DNA of 64,000 nt, taken from positions 239,411-303,410 of the forward strand of contig CAWIYS010000001.1 of NCBI GenBank assembly GCA_963840385.1, written 5' to 3'. Origin of the DNA: an uncultured Chloroflexia bacterium. GTDB taxonomy: Bacteria > Chloroflexota > Dehalococcoidia > DSTF01 > JACRBR01. Numbering within the stretch: position 1 is the stretch's first letter; the number at the start of each line of letters is the position of its first letter. Under the pieces are notes generated by a model. That model had not been told where the DNA came from and did no database searches. It was given only the letters and a program-made list of their open reading frames with translations. The position numbers and the translations under genes are program-made. Below are positions 19,712 through 29,462 of the stretch, piece by piece.

Positions 19712-20978
19712 GCGGCACGGTCAGCTGCCCGTGCGGCATCACGCACACCGATGGCTCCCGCCCGAGCGCCGCGCGCTTCTCGTCGATGATCGTGGCGAGC
19801 GTGCCAGTCACGTCCGGCGCGTGGCGCAGGTGCGCCGCCTCGACGGTCTCGCGCGGCAGCGACGAGTGCAGCCAGACATCGCAGCGCGCCTGCACCATCG
19901 CCTGCACCTGCACCTGCCACTGGTCGAACGTCGTCGGCCGCTCCGGATGCTCCACCGCCCGCAGCAGTTCGTCCGGCGAGCGTTCGCTGTGCAGCAACTC
20001 GACGTACTCGCCCGCACCGAGGCCCTCGCGGCATTCAGCGACGAGCAGGATCGCGCCGCCGCTCGCGCACGCCTGGTTCGCGACGGAGATGCCCTTCACG
20101 GCCTGGTACAGCACCAGGTCAGCCGGATACCCCATGTTCGTCACGACGACGATGTCGAAGAGGTGCGGGATCGGCCGCACCGCCTGCCGCGCCGCTTGCG
20201 CGATCGCCGCGTCGTGGGCCGCCGCCAGTTCGCCCGCGAAGACGCCGGTGATGCGCTTCCGCTCGTCGAGCGTCACGTTGAGCGAGAACGACGGCTCCGA
20301 TCGCAGCGCGACGTCGCGCATTTCCTCGAAGATCGGATTGCCGTCGGTCACGCACCACGTCGACCGCGGATGGCCGATCATCGACGCGTCGTGGTTGGCC
20401 ATGATGGCGTCCGCCCCGGCGATGCCCGGCAGCACCGCCTTGCCGCCGCCGGAGTAGCCGCCGAACAGGTGCGGCTCGACGAAGCCGGTGACGATGCGCA
20501 GTTCGGCCTCCATGTACGCGCGGTTCAGCCACACCTCGACGCCTCGCGCCGTCGTCAGCAGGTACGCCTGCGTCGAACGGTCCTTCGCGACGTGGTCGAC
20601 GACGCGGTAGCGCGACAGGATCTCGTCGCCGAGGATGCGGCGGCGCTCGTCCGGCCGCGACGGCCGGTGCAGTCCGGTGCCGATGACGATCGTCACGTCG
20701 TCGCGCCGCACGCCGCCAGCCTTCAGCGTCTCCAGGATCGGCGGCAGGATGATCTCGTTCGGCACCGGCCGCGTCACGTCGGACACCACGATCGCCGTGC
20801 GCTGGCCGGCGCGCACGATGCGCCGCAGCGGCGGCCCCGCGACCGGCGCCTCGATCGCCCCACGCACCGCCGACGACGGATCGTCGAGTGCGGCGACTGC
20901 CGCCGGGACGAGCACCGTCGCCGTGTCGGGCACCTCGGCGTCGATGCCGTGTTCGCCGTAGGGGAGGTGCAGCTTCAC
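19683..20978 (-). CDS. larA: LarA-family nickel-pincer-dependent 2-hydroxyacid racemase/epimerase
   Basis: GTG at 20978 after GGAG gives VKLHLPYGEHGIDAEVPD.... The 431-aa protein has LarA N-terminal and C-terminal domains. Confidence 0.7.
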   Translation of the reverse strand: MKLHLPYGEHGIDAEVPDTATVLVPAAVAALDDPSSAVRGAIEAPVAGPPLRRIVRAGQRTAIVVSDVTRPVPNEIILPPILETLKAGGVRRDDVTIVIGTGLHRPSRPDERRRILGDEILSRYRVVDHVAKDRSTQAYLLTTARGVEVWLNRAYMEAELRIVTGFVEPHLFGGYSGGGKAVLPGIAGADAIMANHDASMIGHPRSTWCVTDGNPIFEEMRDVALRSEPSFSLNVTLDERKRITGVFAGELAAAHDAAIAQAARQAVRPIPHLFDIVVVTNMGYPADLVLYQAVKGISVANQACASGGAILLVAECREGLGAGEYVELLHSERSPDELLRAVEHPERPTTFDQWQVQVQAMVQARCDVWLHSSLPRETVEAAHLRHAPDVTGTLATIIDEKRAALGREPSVCVMPHGQLTVPRVVAAGERG

Positions 20979-21475
20979 GGTTCCTGCTCCCACTCCCAGC
21001 GGTCGTTGTGCTGGTGCAGCGCGCGGATGTGGTTGACCTCGCCGGCGTGGAAGCCGTCGTGGTGGATGAGGGTGCTGACGATCCAGCGCGTCGAGCGTGT
21101 GCCACCCCAGTTGACTCCGCGGGCTCGCTCCAATTCCGCGTCGTCGCCGAGCGCGTCGACGCTGCGCCGCACTTGCAGGTCCGCCTCCCGCAGCGCGTCG
21201 ACGAGCGCCGCCGGCGAGAATCCGTCGTTTGGCGCCGAGGCCTGCCACGCGTTGAATCGCGGGTCCATCCAGGTCAGCGACGCGTCGCCGAACGCGTGGT
21301 TGTCGTACATCAGCTTGACCGAGACGACGTGGCCGACGATGGCGTGGATCGAGCGGACTCCGCCCGGCGGCACCCACGTCCAGTCGTCGTCATGCAGGTC
21401 CTTCAGGTTCGCGAACAGCACGTCGAACGACTGCCCCATCTGCCAGATCGTCTCGTCGAGGAGGATGCGGCTCAT
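20975..21475 (-). CDS. DinB-family (DinB_2) metal-dependent four-helix-bundle protein
   Basis: MSRILLDETIW...HAIVGHVVSV...HHDGFHAGEVNHI. Its stop overlaps the larA start (GTGA) and its start overlaps the thyX stop (ATGA). Confidence 0.7.
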   Translation of the reverse strand: MSRILLDETIWQMGQSFDVLFANLKDLHDDDWTWVPPGGVRSIHAIVGHVVSVKLMYDNHAFGDASLTWMDPRFNAWQASAPNDGFSPAALVDALREADLQVRRSVDALGDDAELERARGVNWGGTRSTRWIVSTLIHHDGFHAGEVNHIRALHQHNDRWEWEQEP

Positions 21476-22486
21476 GCGGACATCGTAGCCCGTCCCGGTG
21501 CGAAGCTGGAAGCACGAGGCTGGGCGTTGGATCGTGGTCGGCGTCTCTGACCTCCGACCTCCGACCTCCAGTACCCAGGCCCGCTCATCCTTCGTCGCGC
21601 GTCTGGGCGGCTCCTCGCCCGCGATCGACGCCCGCCCGTCCGCGACGGCTTCGCGCCGCCCGCCGTCGCCACCGACGAGCCGATCGACTCGATCGTGCGG
21701 AAGTCCTCGTCTTCGAGCGGCGCCAGCTCGCCGCGGCGGTGCGCGTCGAACAGGTCGAACAGCTGCTTCTTGTGCGGGCGCTTCTTGCCGATCGGGCACG
21801 CCTGCCAGTCCTCGAGCGACTCGTCGCAGTAGCCCCAGCGCTTGTCGCCGCACTTCGGCTGGATGTGCGACGCCAGCTCCGGGAACTTGCGGTGCACCTC
21901 CGCTCGCATCAGCGAAGCGACGCGCCGGAACTCCCACTGCGCGCGCGTGCAGAGCCGCAGGTCGCAGATGTGCAGCAGCTCCAGGAAGTTCACGACGATC
22001 TTGAAGTTGGTGTTCGCGGCGTTCGGGATCAGGAAGCGCGCGTCCTCGGCCGGCACGCCGGCGTCGATCATCCGCTGGTACAGCTCGCCGAGCCGGTCGA
22101 ACTCCGCCTCCATCTCGCCCGCGAGGCCCGCCCGCCGCACCGTGTCCGGCACGGTGTACGGGAAACTCGCCCTTCTTGAACGCGACGTAGCGCTGGCTCT
22201 GCTGCTCGAAGCTGATGCCGATGTGGTGCCGCACGAACTGGTGGCTGAACGCGCGGCTCACGCCGGCGATCGCGAACTCGAACCAGACATGCTCCAGCGG
22301 CGATGCGTGCCCCGTCTCGAGCCGCTTCTCGATGAACTCCTGCATCTGCTCGCGCGTGATCCGCTCCGTGTCGATGCGGTCGGCGATGGTCTGCGGCGTC
22401 AGCGCCGAGTACGCCGTCCGGTAGGCGATGTACAGCGAGCGGACGGGGTCGCTCGTATGGTCGAGCAGGCGTACGTCGATGGTCAA
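21472..22486 (-). CDS. thyX: flavin-dependent thymidylate synthase ThyX, frameshifted near 22150
   Basis: TTG start at 22486 after GGGAG. The ThyX motif FVRHHIGISFEQQSQRY lies in the N-terminal frame and ...FLIPNAANTNFKIVVNFLELLHICDLR in the C-terminal frame. Confidence 0.7.
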
Positions 22487-22784
22487 CGGAAGCTCCCGCG
22501 TCGGTGCGGCGTGCCGGAGGATCAGGCTCAGTTTAGCCGACTTTCGTCGCCCGTTCGGCGCTCCCACCGCGCACCCGACGCAGCCCGCCGAATCTGCTAT
22601 CATAAGGAAGCTTCCTCGCCGCAGTCTCCTGTTCGCCCGGTTCTTCCGACGCACTCGACGACTTCTTCGAATCGAGGCGCAAGCCTGTTGGCTTGAAGGA
22701 AATACCGCGTAGAAACGTCGTGGTTCGCCGGGCACCTCTACAGCCCGATCCGCGAGAACACCCGCGACGTAAGGAGAAACACTC

Positions 22785-23000
22785 ATGGCAACCGGACAGA
22801 TCAAGCGGCTCGCTCGCGACCGAGGCTTCGGCTTCATCCGCCCCGACGGCGCGACGGAAGACATCTTCTTCCACACGTCGGCGGTCCAGGGCGGCGACTT
22901 CGACTCGCTGCAGGAGGGCCAGACCGTCGAGTTCGAGAAGGGCCAGGACGAGCGCGACCCGCGCAAGAGCCGCGCGCTCAACGTCCGCGTCGCGAGCTAA
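22785..23000 (+). CDS. cspA: cold-shock protein CspA family
   Basis: MATGQIKRLARDRGFGFIRPDGATEDIFFH, with both RNP motifs. Confidence 0.9.
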   Translation: MATGQIKRLARDRGFGFIRPDGATEDIFFHTSAVQGGDFDSLQEGQTVEFEKGQDERDPRKSRALNVRVAS

Positions 23001-23117
23001 GTCCCGCGAGGCCCGGCGGCCGGCATGGCCGTCCTCACAACGCGATCATCGGGCGGCGGGAGTTCTTCTTCCGCCGCCCGGCGCCCGCACCGCGATCCAG
23101 TAATACACGGAGGGCGG

Positions 23118-23480
23118 ATGACGACGACGAACCGCATTGTCTCGATCGAAACGCCGCGCGCCCGCACCGCTACGCACTCCATCGTCACCGCCGTCTCGAC
23201 GCGGCCCGATGCCGGCGCCGAACAGCGCTGGACGGCCCGCGCCGTGCTCGAAGCGATGAACCGCGCCGAGCGCTTCTACACCCAGGCGCCGAACGGTCGC
23301 CGCGCGCGCGTGCAACGTTACACGTGCCCTGAATGTCGCCACGAGCACATCCGCACCCACCTGAGCGACCGCGCGATCCACGAGATGACGACACTCCCGC
23401 AAACAGAAAGCGCGCCTCGTGCGACGCAGCTGCCGGCGATCGCGCCCGGCGCCGTCGCCCGCGCCGCACCGATTCTCTGA
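23118..23480 (+). CDS. hypothetical small protein with a CPECRHEH metal-binding-like motif
   Basis: ATG after GGAGGG. No recognisable family. Confidence 0.4.
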   Translation: MTTTNRIVSIETPRARTATHSIVTAVSTRPDAGAEQRWTARAVLEAMNRAERFYTQAPNGRRARVQRYTCPECRHEHIRTHLSDRAIHEMTTLPQTESAPRATQLPAIAPGAVARAAPIL

Positions 23481-23524
23481 GTATCGCGTCCGGGGCCCGC
23501 ACCTCGGAGAACGTGGGGAAGCAC

Positions 23525-23749
23525 ATGGACCGGACCGCAATACCTGACAGCCGCGAGACGCAACTGCTCCGCGAGATCACCGGGCTGTCCGATCGCGTCC
23601 GCGACCTGCGCGCACGGTCGGCGATGTCCAACGGGACGAAGATCAAGGCACTGGAGCAGGAGTCGCGTGCGAAATGGGCGGAGTTGCGCGCCCTGCGTGC
23701 CGCTCCAGCTGGCGCGCCATCGATCGTGGGCAGGGGCAGCCGCGGATGA
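23525..23749 (+). CDS. hypothetical small coiled-coil protein (74 aa)
   Basis: ATG with a GGGGA/GGAGA upstream. The sequence has helical heptad character. Confidence 0.35.
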   Translation: MDRTAIPDSRETQLLREITGLSDRVRDLRARSAMSNGTKIKALEQESRAKWAELRALRAAPAGAPSIVGRGSRG

Positions 23750-23818
23750 CGCGCGCGTATTGCGGCTACTCGACCGCCACGGCACGGCGTGTCGACCGAA
23801 TCCCGCGGAGGACCACCC

Positions 23819-24082
23819 ATGACTGAGCAATCACCTCCCCCGGCGGAGAAGGCGGCCGACGACGCCAACCAGGGGCTCATCCACCGCCACGAATGGGAGG
23901 TGGTGACCGCCCTCCCTCGCCTGCAGTCCGTCCACGACACCCTTCGCTGGGACGTCAGCAAGAGCCGCATCCTGTCGACGGGCATGTGCCGCATCTGCGG
24001 CGAGCCCGACCGCCGCTCCGTCACGGAGTGCAGCGACCCGGACTGCCAGGCGCATCGAATCTGCATCCGCCCGTATCGATAA
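23819..24082 (+). CDS. hypothetical small Cys-rich protein (CRICGEP...CSDPDCQAHRIC)
   Basis: A strong SD (GGAGGA) sits 7 nt before the ATG. The Cys spacing is zinc-ribbon-like. Confidence 0.45.
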   Translation: MTEQSPPPAEKAADDANQGLIHRHEWEVVTALPRLQSVHDTLRWDVSKSRILSTGMCRICGEPDRRSVTECSDPDCQAHRICIRPYR

Positions 24083-24209
24083 GTCGCACCCGATTCAGTG
24101 ACCCGCACGTTCCCATGATCGCCGCGCTGGCACGGCGCATCTGCGCGGTCGTATCCGACTGACTCAGCACAGGTTTGAGGTGGAGGCTGGCGAACGTCGT
24201 TCGCGCTGG

Positions 24210-24935
24210 CTACAGCGCGCGGAACGCAGTCCCTTGCATGAGCAGGACGACGAGCATGCCGCCGGCGATGAACGGCGCGTACGGAATGGGGTCGCCCCGG
24301 CCGCGCAGTCTCGTCACGAGCATGATCGCGGCCGCGAAGCCGCCGGAGATCGCCATGATCAGCATCGCCGGCACGACGAACGTTAGCCCCAGCGCGAAGC
24401 CGACGAAGAACGCGAACTTCACGTCGCCCATGCCCATCGCTCCGCCCGTCAGCACCGCCGGCAGGAAGAGCAGCCCGCCGAAGATGATGCCGCCCGCCAG
24501 CACATCGAGCCGGTTCGCGTCCGGCATCGCCATGCCGATGACCACTGCCGCCAGGATCGCCGGGTAGGTAATGACGTTTGGCACGCGGTACGCCAGGATG
24601 TCGGTCATCGTGCAGATGATCAGCACGGCGGCGTACGCGGCGACGATCGGCAGGTCCCAGACGTGGTGGTACTGGCGCCCCAGCAGCCCGAAGATCAGCG
24701 CCGTCGCGCCGACGACGGCCGCGCGGCGCAGCCACGACTGCGACGTCAGCAGGTCGGGCATCTTCAACGCGCCGGCCTCGCTGCCGAGTTCCAGTCCGCC
24801 GTCGCTCTTTCGCAACCGCACGTCATCCTCGTCCATCTCGCCGCGCTCGAACGGCTCGCGCGCCATGCGCGCGATCGCCGCGTCGATCGCGAATCCGACG
24901 ATGATGCCCGCGATGGCCATGATCAGTACGGTCAC
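24210..24935 (-). CDS. A24-family prepilin peptidase (PilD/CpaA-like), peptidase domain only
   Basis: Polytopic membrane protein with GGAMGMGDVKFAFFVGFALG and an Asp-containing first cytoplasmic loop. No pilin gene is visible nearby. Confidence 0.8.
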   Translation of the reverse strand: MTVLIMAIAGIIVGFAIDAAIARMAREPFERGEMDEDDVRLRKSDGGLELGSEAGALKMPDLLTSQSWLRRAAVVGATALIFGLLGRQYHHVWDLPIVAAYAAVLIICTMTDILAYRVPNVITYPAILAAVVIGMAMPDANRLDVLAGGIIFGGLLFLPAVLTGGAMGMGDVKFAFFVGFALGLTFVVPAMLIMAISGGFAAAIMLVTRLRGRGDPIPYAPFIAGGMLVVLLMQGTAFRAL

Positions 24936-25017
24936 GTGGGGCTCCTCGATCCGATGATCGGCAGCAGCATAGCAATCTTGTGTAGGGGATTCGCGTAGGG
25001 CCTACGGCCCGTACGGA

Positions 25018-26839
25018 TTACGGCCGCGTCCGCCACGCCGGGTGCGAGGTATCGAGCCAGGTGTTGGCGAGGTCCTGGTTGCTCCCGTACCAGATCGGCA
25101 TCGGATAGTTGCGCACGTAGCCCCACGAGAGCCGCCGCTCGACCGGCGCGGCGAATCTCGATGCGCGCGTTGACCTTCGCCAGCAGGTAGTTCTGAATGT
25201 CGAGGCCGATGCGACGGCGCGCGTCGTTGTCGAACTCCGCGCGCGATTTGTCGAGCATCGCGTCGAGCTGGGCGTCCTGCAGCCGGTACGAGTTCATGCG
25301 CTGGTCGCTGCGGAAGTGCGGGTACAGCCAGTCGTCGATGTCGACGCCGCCGTCCTCCAGCGCGAACGTGAACGGCGCCACGCCCTCCGTCGCGCCATCG
25401 ATGTTGCGCCCGAGCGCCACGGTGATGAGACCGAAGCCGCTGGGGTCGATGACCGGAATGACGTTGATGCCGACCGCGCGAAGTTGCTGCTGCAGCGCAC
25501 CGACGGCGCGCTCGGGTATCGATTTCGGGATGCCGGCGAACACGATCTTCATGTCCACGAGCGTCGGCCTGTCACCGAGCGCGGCCGTGAACAGCTTCTT
25601 CGCCTCGGCGATGTCAGCGGCGCGGCCGGCGCTGTCGTCGCGGTAGCCGGGCCGCTTCGTCAGGTCGTCGGGCGAGAGCGCCCAGCTGCCCATCGCCGGC
25701 GCCACCGGCCCGGTGACCTTCGCCGAAGCCCGGCCGTCCATCGCTGGGTACAGCAGTTCGATCAGCGCCTTCCGGTCGACGCCGAGGTGGATCGCGCGGC
25801 GGACGCGGTCGTCGTTGAACGGCGCCCGGTCGAGCAACAGCCGGCTGGCCAGCAATCCGCCGCCGTCCGTCTCGCCAAGCGCGATGTCGGCCAGGTTCGT
25901 CTTCTGTTCCGTGGCCACCGCCGCCGGATCCGGGAACCCCGTGGCGTCGACGAGCGTGCGATGGAACAGCACGCGCTGGTTGGCGTCGTCCTGCGGCGTG
26001 TAGACCGCGTCGTAGCCATCGAGGAACGGGCGGCCGCTGCCCGCGCCGTCGGGGTTGTCGTCGCGGGCGAACCAGTCCGGGTTGCGACGGAGCTTCACCG
26101 CGGTTTCCGGCTGCAGCGCCTCGAGCATGAACGGCCCCGTGCCGATCATCGCCAGATCGGTATACACGTGGTCCGTGGCATCGACGACGTCCGGCGAGAT
26201 CACGAACGCGTGCCGCCCCGCGAGGAAGCGCGGGAACGGCGCGACCGGCCGCTCCAGCGTGATGCTCAGCGTGTGGCTGTCCTGCACGTCGATGCGGTCG
26301 ATCGCGCTCCAGTTGCCCTGGCGGTAGAAGTTGCGCGCCTGCGGGCTGCTCGGGTCGGCCTGCCGCTCGATGCTGTATTTCACGTCGTCGGCCGTCAGTT
26401 CGCGTCCCGCGGTCTTCGGGTAGGCGACGCGGTACTTCGGCGCGTCGTGGAACCGCACGCCCTGCCGCAGCCGGATGATGTACGTCTGCTCGTCCGGCTG
26501 CTCGGGCATGCCGTCGGCGAGGTCGGGCGCGAGCGTGCCCGCGGCCTCGTCGTCGTAGCGCAGCACGCGGCTGAAGACGGCCGAGTGCATGTTGGCGACC
26601 GGACCCATCATCGTCAGGTGCGGGTCGAGCGAGTCCGTGATCATCGCGTCGAAGTTGAGGACGCGCATGATGCCGCCGCGCGATGCCACGGGGGCCAGCT
26701 GCGGCCTCGCGGGTGCCGTCGGCGTCGCGCTCTCCGACGCGCGCTTGCGTCCGCAGCCGACCACCGCCACCGCCGACGCGGCCGCCAGCGTGGCGCCCGA
26801 TGACGCGAGGAACCGGCGCCGGGAGATCTTCCGTTTCAT
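25018..26839 (-). CDS. ABC transporter substrate-binding lipoprotein, family 5 (oligopeptide/nickel-type), with one frameshift near 25150
   Basis: Tat-like/lipobox signal MKRKISRRRFLASSGATLAAASAVAVVGCG. The C-terminal tail ...WGYVRNYPMPIWYGSNQDLANTWLD is in a shifted frame. Confidence 0.75.
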
Positions 26840-26915
26840 TCGGCGGCGTGCGCCCGTTCGTCGTGCGGCGCGGCGCGCCGTATCGGTCGCGTGGATGAGG
26901 CCTGCGTCAACGTGT

Positions 26916-29189
26916 TCAAGCGGACGCCCGGGTGAGCTCCGGCTCGCCGAGCGAGTCCTGGTCGCCCTTCCAGTCGCACCTGATGCACTTCGCCGCGCCA
27001 CGTCCCGCCCCGACGAGCAGGCCGCCGCACGACGGGCACGGCTGCTTCAGCGGCCGCGTGCCGCTCGTGAAATCGCAGTTCGGGTAGTTGGCGCAGCCGT
27101 AGAATGTCCGCCCGCGCTTGCTCTTGCGCTCGATGATCTCGCCGGCGTCCTTCGGACACGGTATGCCGACCTTCTTGAGGATCGGCCGGCGGCCCGTGCA
27201 CTCCGGGTAGCGCGAGCACGCCAGGAACTGGCCGAAGCGGCCGCGCTTGATCACCATCGGCGACTGGCACAGGTCGCAGATCTCGTTCGTCGCCTCGGGC
27301 TCCTGCGCCTCCTCGCCGACCGGCCGCGCGTTCTTGCACTCCGGGTAGCCGGAGCACGCGAGGAACTGGCCGAAGCGGCCCCAGCGCACGATCATCGGCC
27401 GGCCGCACTTCTCGCACTTCTCGTCGGTCTCCTGCTCGACGCGCGGCGCGTCGGCCGCGGCCGCCAGCGCCTCTTCGAGCGGCGCGTAGAACTCCTGCAC
27501 GACGGGCGGCCACGTGCGCTCGCCGCTCGCGACCTCGTCGAGTTCGTCCTCCATGCGCGCCGTGAAGCCGATGTCGACGACGCCGGGGAACCGCTCGGCG
27601 AGCAGGTCGGCGACGACGCAGCCGAGCTCCTGCGGCCGCAGTGCGCGGCCTTCCTTCTTGATGTAGCCGCGGTCCTGGATGGTCGACATAATCGGCGCGT
27701 ACGTCGACGGCCGGCCGATGCCGTTCTCCTCGAGCGCCTTGACGAGCGTCGCCTCGGTGTAGCGCGGCGGCGGCTCTGTGAAGTGCTGGTCCGGCTTCAC
27801 CGCGAGCAGGCGCAGCAGTTCGTCGACGGTGAGGTCGGGAAGCGACTTCTCCTCGTCCTCGTCGGTGTCGACGTCGCGACCCTCGATGTACACCTGCCGG
27901 AAGCCGGGGAAGCGCATGTGGCTCGCCGAAGCCCGCAGCAGGTACGGCTTCTGGTGCGCCGGCGCCTTCGCGTCGATATCGACGCTCAGCTGGTCGAAGA
28001 CGGCATCGGCCATCTGGCTCGCGACGAGCCGCTGCCAGATCAGGCTGTAGAGGCGGAACTGGTCGAGCGACAACGACTTCTTCATCGCCGCCGGCTCCCG
28101 GAAGACCGACGTCGGCCGGATCGCCTCGTGCGCTTCCTGCGCGCCCTTCGACTTCGTCTTGTAATAGCGCGGTTCGCCCGGGACGAAGTCGCCGCCGAAC
28201 TTGCCGCCGATGAACCGCCGCGCCTCCTCGCGCGCCACCTGCGCGATGTTGAGCGAGTCGGTGCGCATATAGGTAATGAGACCGACGTGCCCCTGGCCCG
28301 GAACCTCGATGCCCTCGTACAGCTGCTGCGCGACCGCCATCGTGCGCTTGGCCGAGAAGCCGTAGCGGCGCGACGCCTCCTGCTGCAGCGTGCTCGTCGT
28401 GAACGGCGGCGATGGCCTGCGCAGCTGCTGCTTCCGCTTCACGTCGCGCACGGAGTAGGCGGACTCACGCAGGTCGGACGTAACGGCGTCAGCCGCCTCG
28501 GCGCTGCCGATCTCGGCCTTGCGCGTGCCCGGCAGCCCGGCAAGCCGTGCCGTGAACGCCGCATCATCGGCGTCCGCCGCCCGCGCCACCGTCGTATCGA
28601 TGGTCCAGTACTCCTGCGGCACGAACGCCTCGATCTCGCGCTCGCGGTCGACGACCATGCGGAGGGCGACAGACTGGACGCGGCCGGCGCTGAGGCCCCA
28701 GCGGATCTTGTTCCACAGCAGTCGGCTCACCTTGTAGCCGACGAGGCGGTCCAGCACGCGCCGTGCCTGCTGCGCGTCGACGAGCTTCATGTCGATCTCG
28801 CGCGGGTGCTCGAACGCTGCCTTCACGGCGTCTGACGTGATCTCGTGGAACTCGACGCGGTGGTATGGCTTGCCGTCAAGCGCCATCGCTTCCAGCAGGT
28901 GCCAGGAGATGGCCTCGCCCTCGCGGTCGGGGTCAGTGGCCAGGTAGACGGTGCCGGCTTTCTTCGCCGCCTCCTTCAGCCCCTTCACCACGTCCTTCTT
29001 GTCGCGCGGGACGATGTACCGCGGCGCGAAGTCGTGCTCGACGTCGACGCCCAGTTGCGACTTCGGGAGGTCGCGGACGTGGCCGACCGAGGCCTTCACG
29101 TCGTAGTCCTTCCCGAGGATGCCCGAGAGTGTCCGTGCCTTCGCCGGTGATTCGACGATCACCAGGCTCTTCGCTTTTGCTTTCGCCAT
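26916..29189 (-). CDS. topA: DNA topoisomerase I
   Basis: MAKAKAKSLVIVESPAKARTL... Toprim start, and C-terminal C4 zinc ribbons. Confidence 0.9.
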   Translation of the reverse strand: MAKAKAKSLVIVESPAKARTLSGILGKDYDVKASVGHVRDLPKSQLGVDVEHDFAPRYIVPRDKKDVVKGLKEAAKKAGTVYLATDPDREGEAISWHLLEAMALDGKPYHRVEFHEITSDAVKAAFEHPREIDMKLVDAQQARRVLDRLVGYKVSRLLWNKIRWGLSAGRVQSVALRMVVDREREIEAFVPQEYWTIDTTVARAADADDAAFTARLAGLPGTRKAEIGSAEAADAVTSDLRESAYSVRDVKRKQQLRRPSPPFTTSTLQQEASRRYGFSAKRTMAVAQQLYEGIEVPGQGHVGLITYMRTDSLNIAQVAREEARRFIGGKFGGDFVPGEPRYYKTKSKGAQEAHEAIRPTSVFREPAAMKKSLSLDQFRLYSLIWQRLVASQMADAVFDQLSVDIDAKAPAHQKPYLLRASASHMRFPGFRQVYIEGRDVDTDEDEEKSLPDLTVDELLRLLAVKPDQHFTEPPPRYTEATLVKALEENGIGRPSTYAPIMSTIQDRGYIKKEGRALRPQELGCVVADLLAERFPGVVDIGFTARMEDELDEVASGERTWPPVVQEFYAPLEEALAAAADAPRVEQETDEKCEKCGRPMIVRWGRFGQFLACSGYPECKNARPVGEEAQEPEATNEICDLCQSPMVIKRGRFGQFLACSRYPECTGRRPILKKVGIPCPKDAGEIIERKSKRGRTFYGCANYPNCDFTSGTRPLKQPCPSCGGLLVGAGRGAAKCIRCDWKGDQDSLGEPELTRASA

Positions 29190-29462
29190 GTTTCCCTGCG
29201 TTTATCTCGAAGCCTGCCGGGCCCCGGTTGTTATACACGACCCGGCTCGCGACACAACAGTTCTTTTCGGTCGATGCCTTCCGAACCTGAATACGGCCCT
29301 GTGACTATGAAGTGCGGTCCCAGACTGCTGTTGGGCACCGTCAGGGGAGCGCTAGGCCCTCGATTGAGGGTAGCAGAATTGTCAAGGCGTCACGCCAGTT
29401 GGCGCAGCGGCGGGCGTCCGCGCCGGAGCCGGAGCTGAATCTGGCGATGAGCATGCTCGAAG

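Noticed and set aside
23185-24735. 516-aa minus-strand ORF
   Set aside because: It is Arg/Gly-rich with no domain signal, and it is antisense to three + strand small ORFs that have proper SDs; it also overlaps the prepilin peptidase.
29190-29462. Possible small RNA in the 270-nt topA-dprA spacer
   Set aside because: I could not recognise any known family (6S, tmRNA, RNase P) by eye, and no convincing conserved stem architecture. It is left unannotated.
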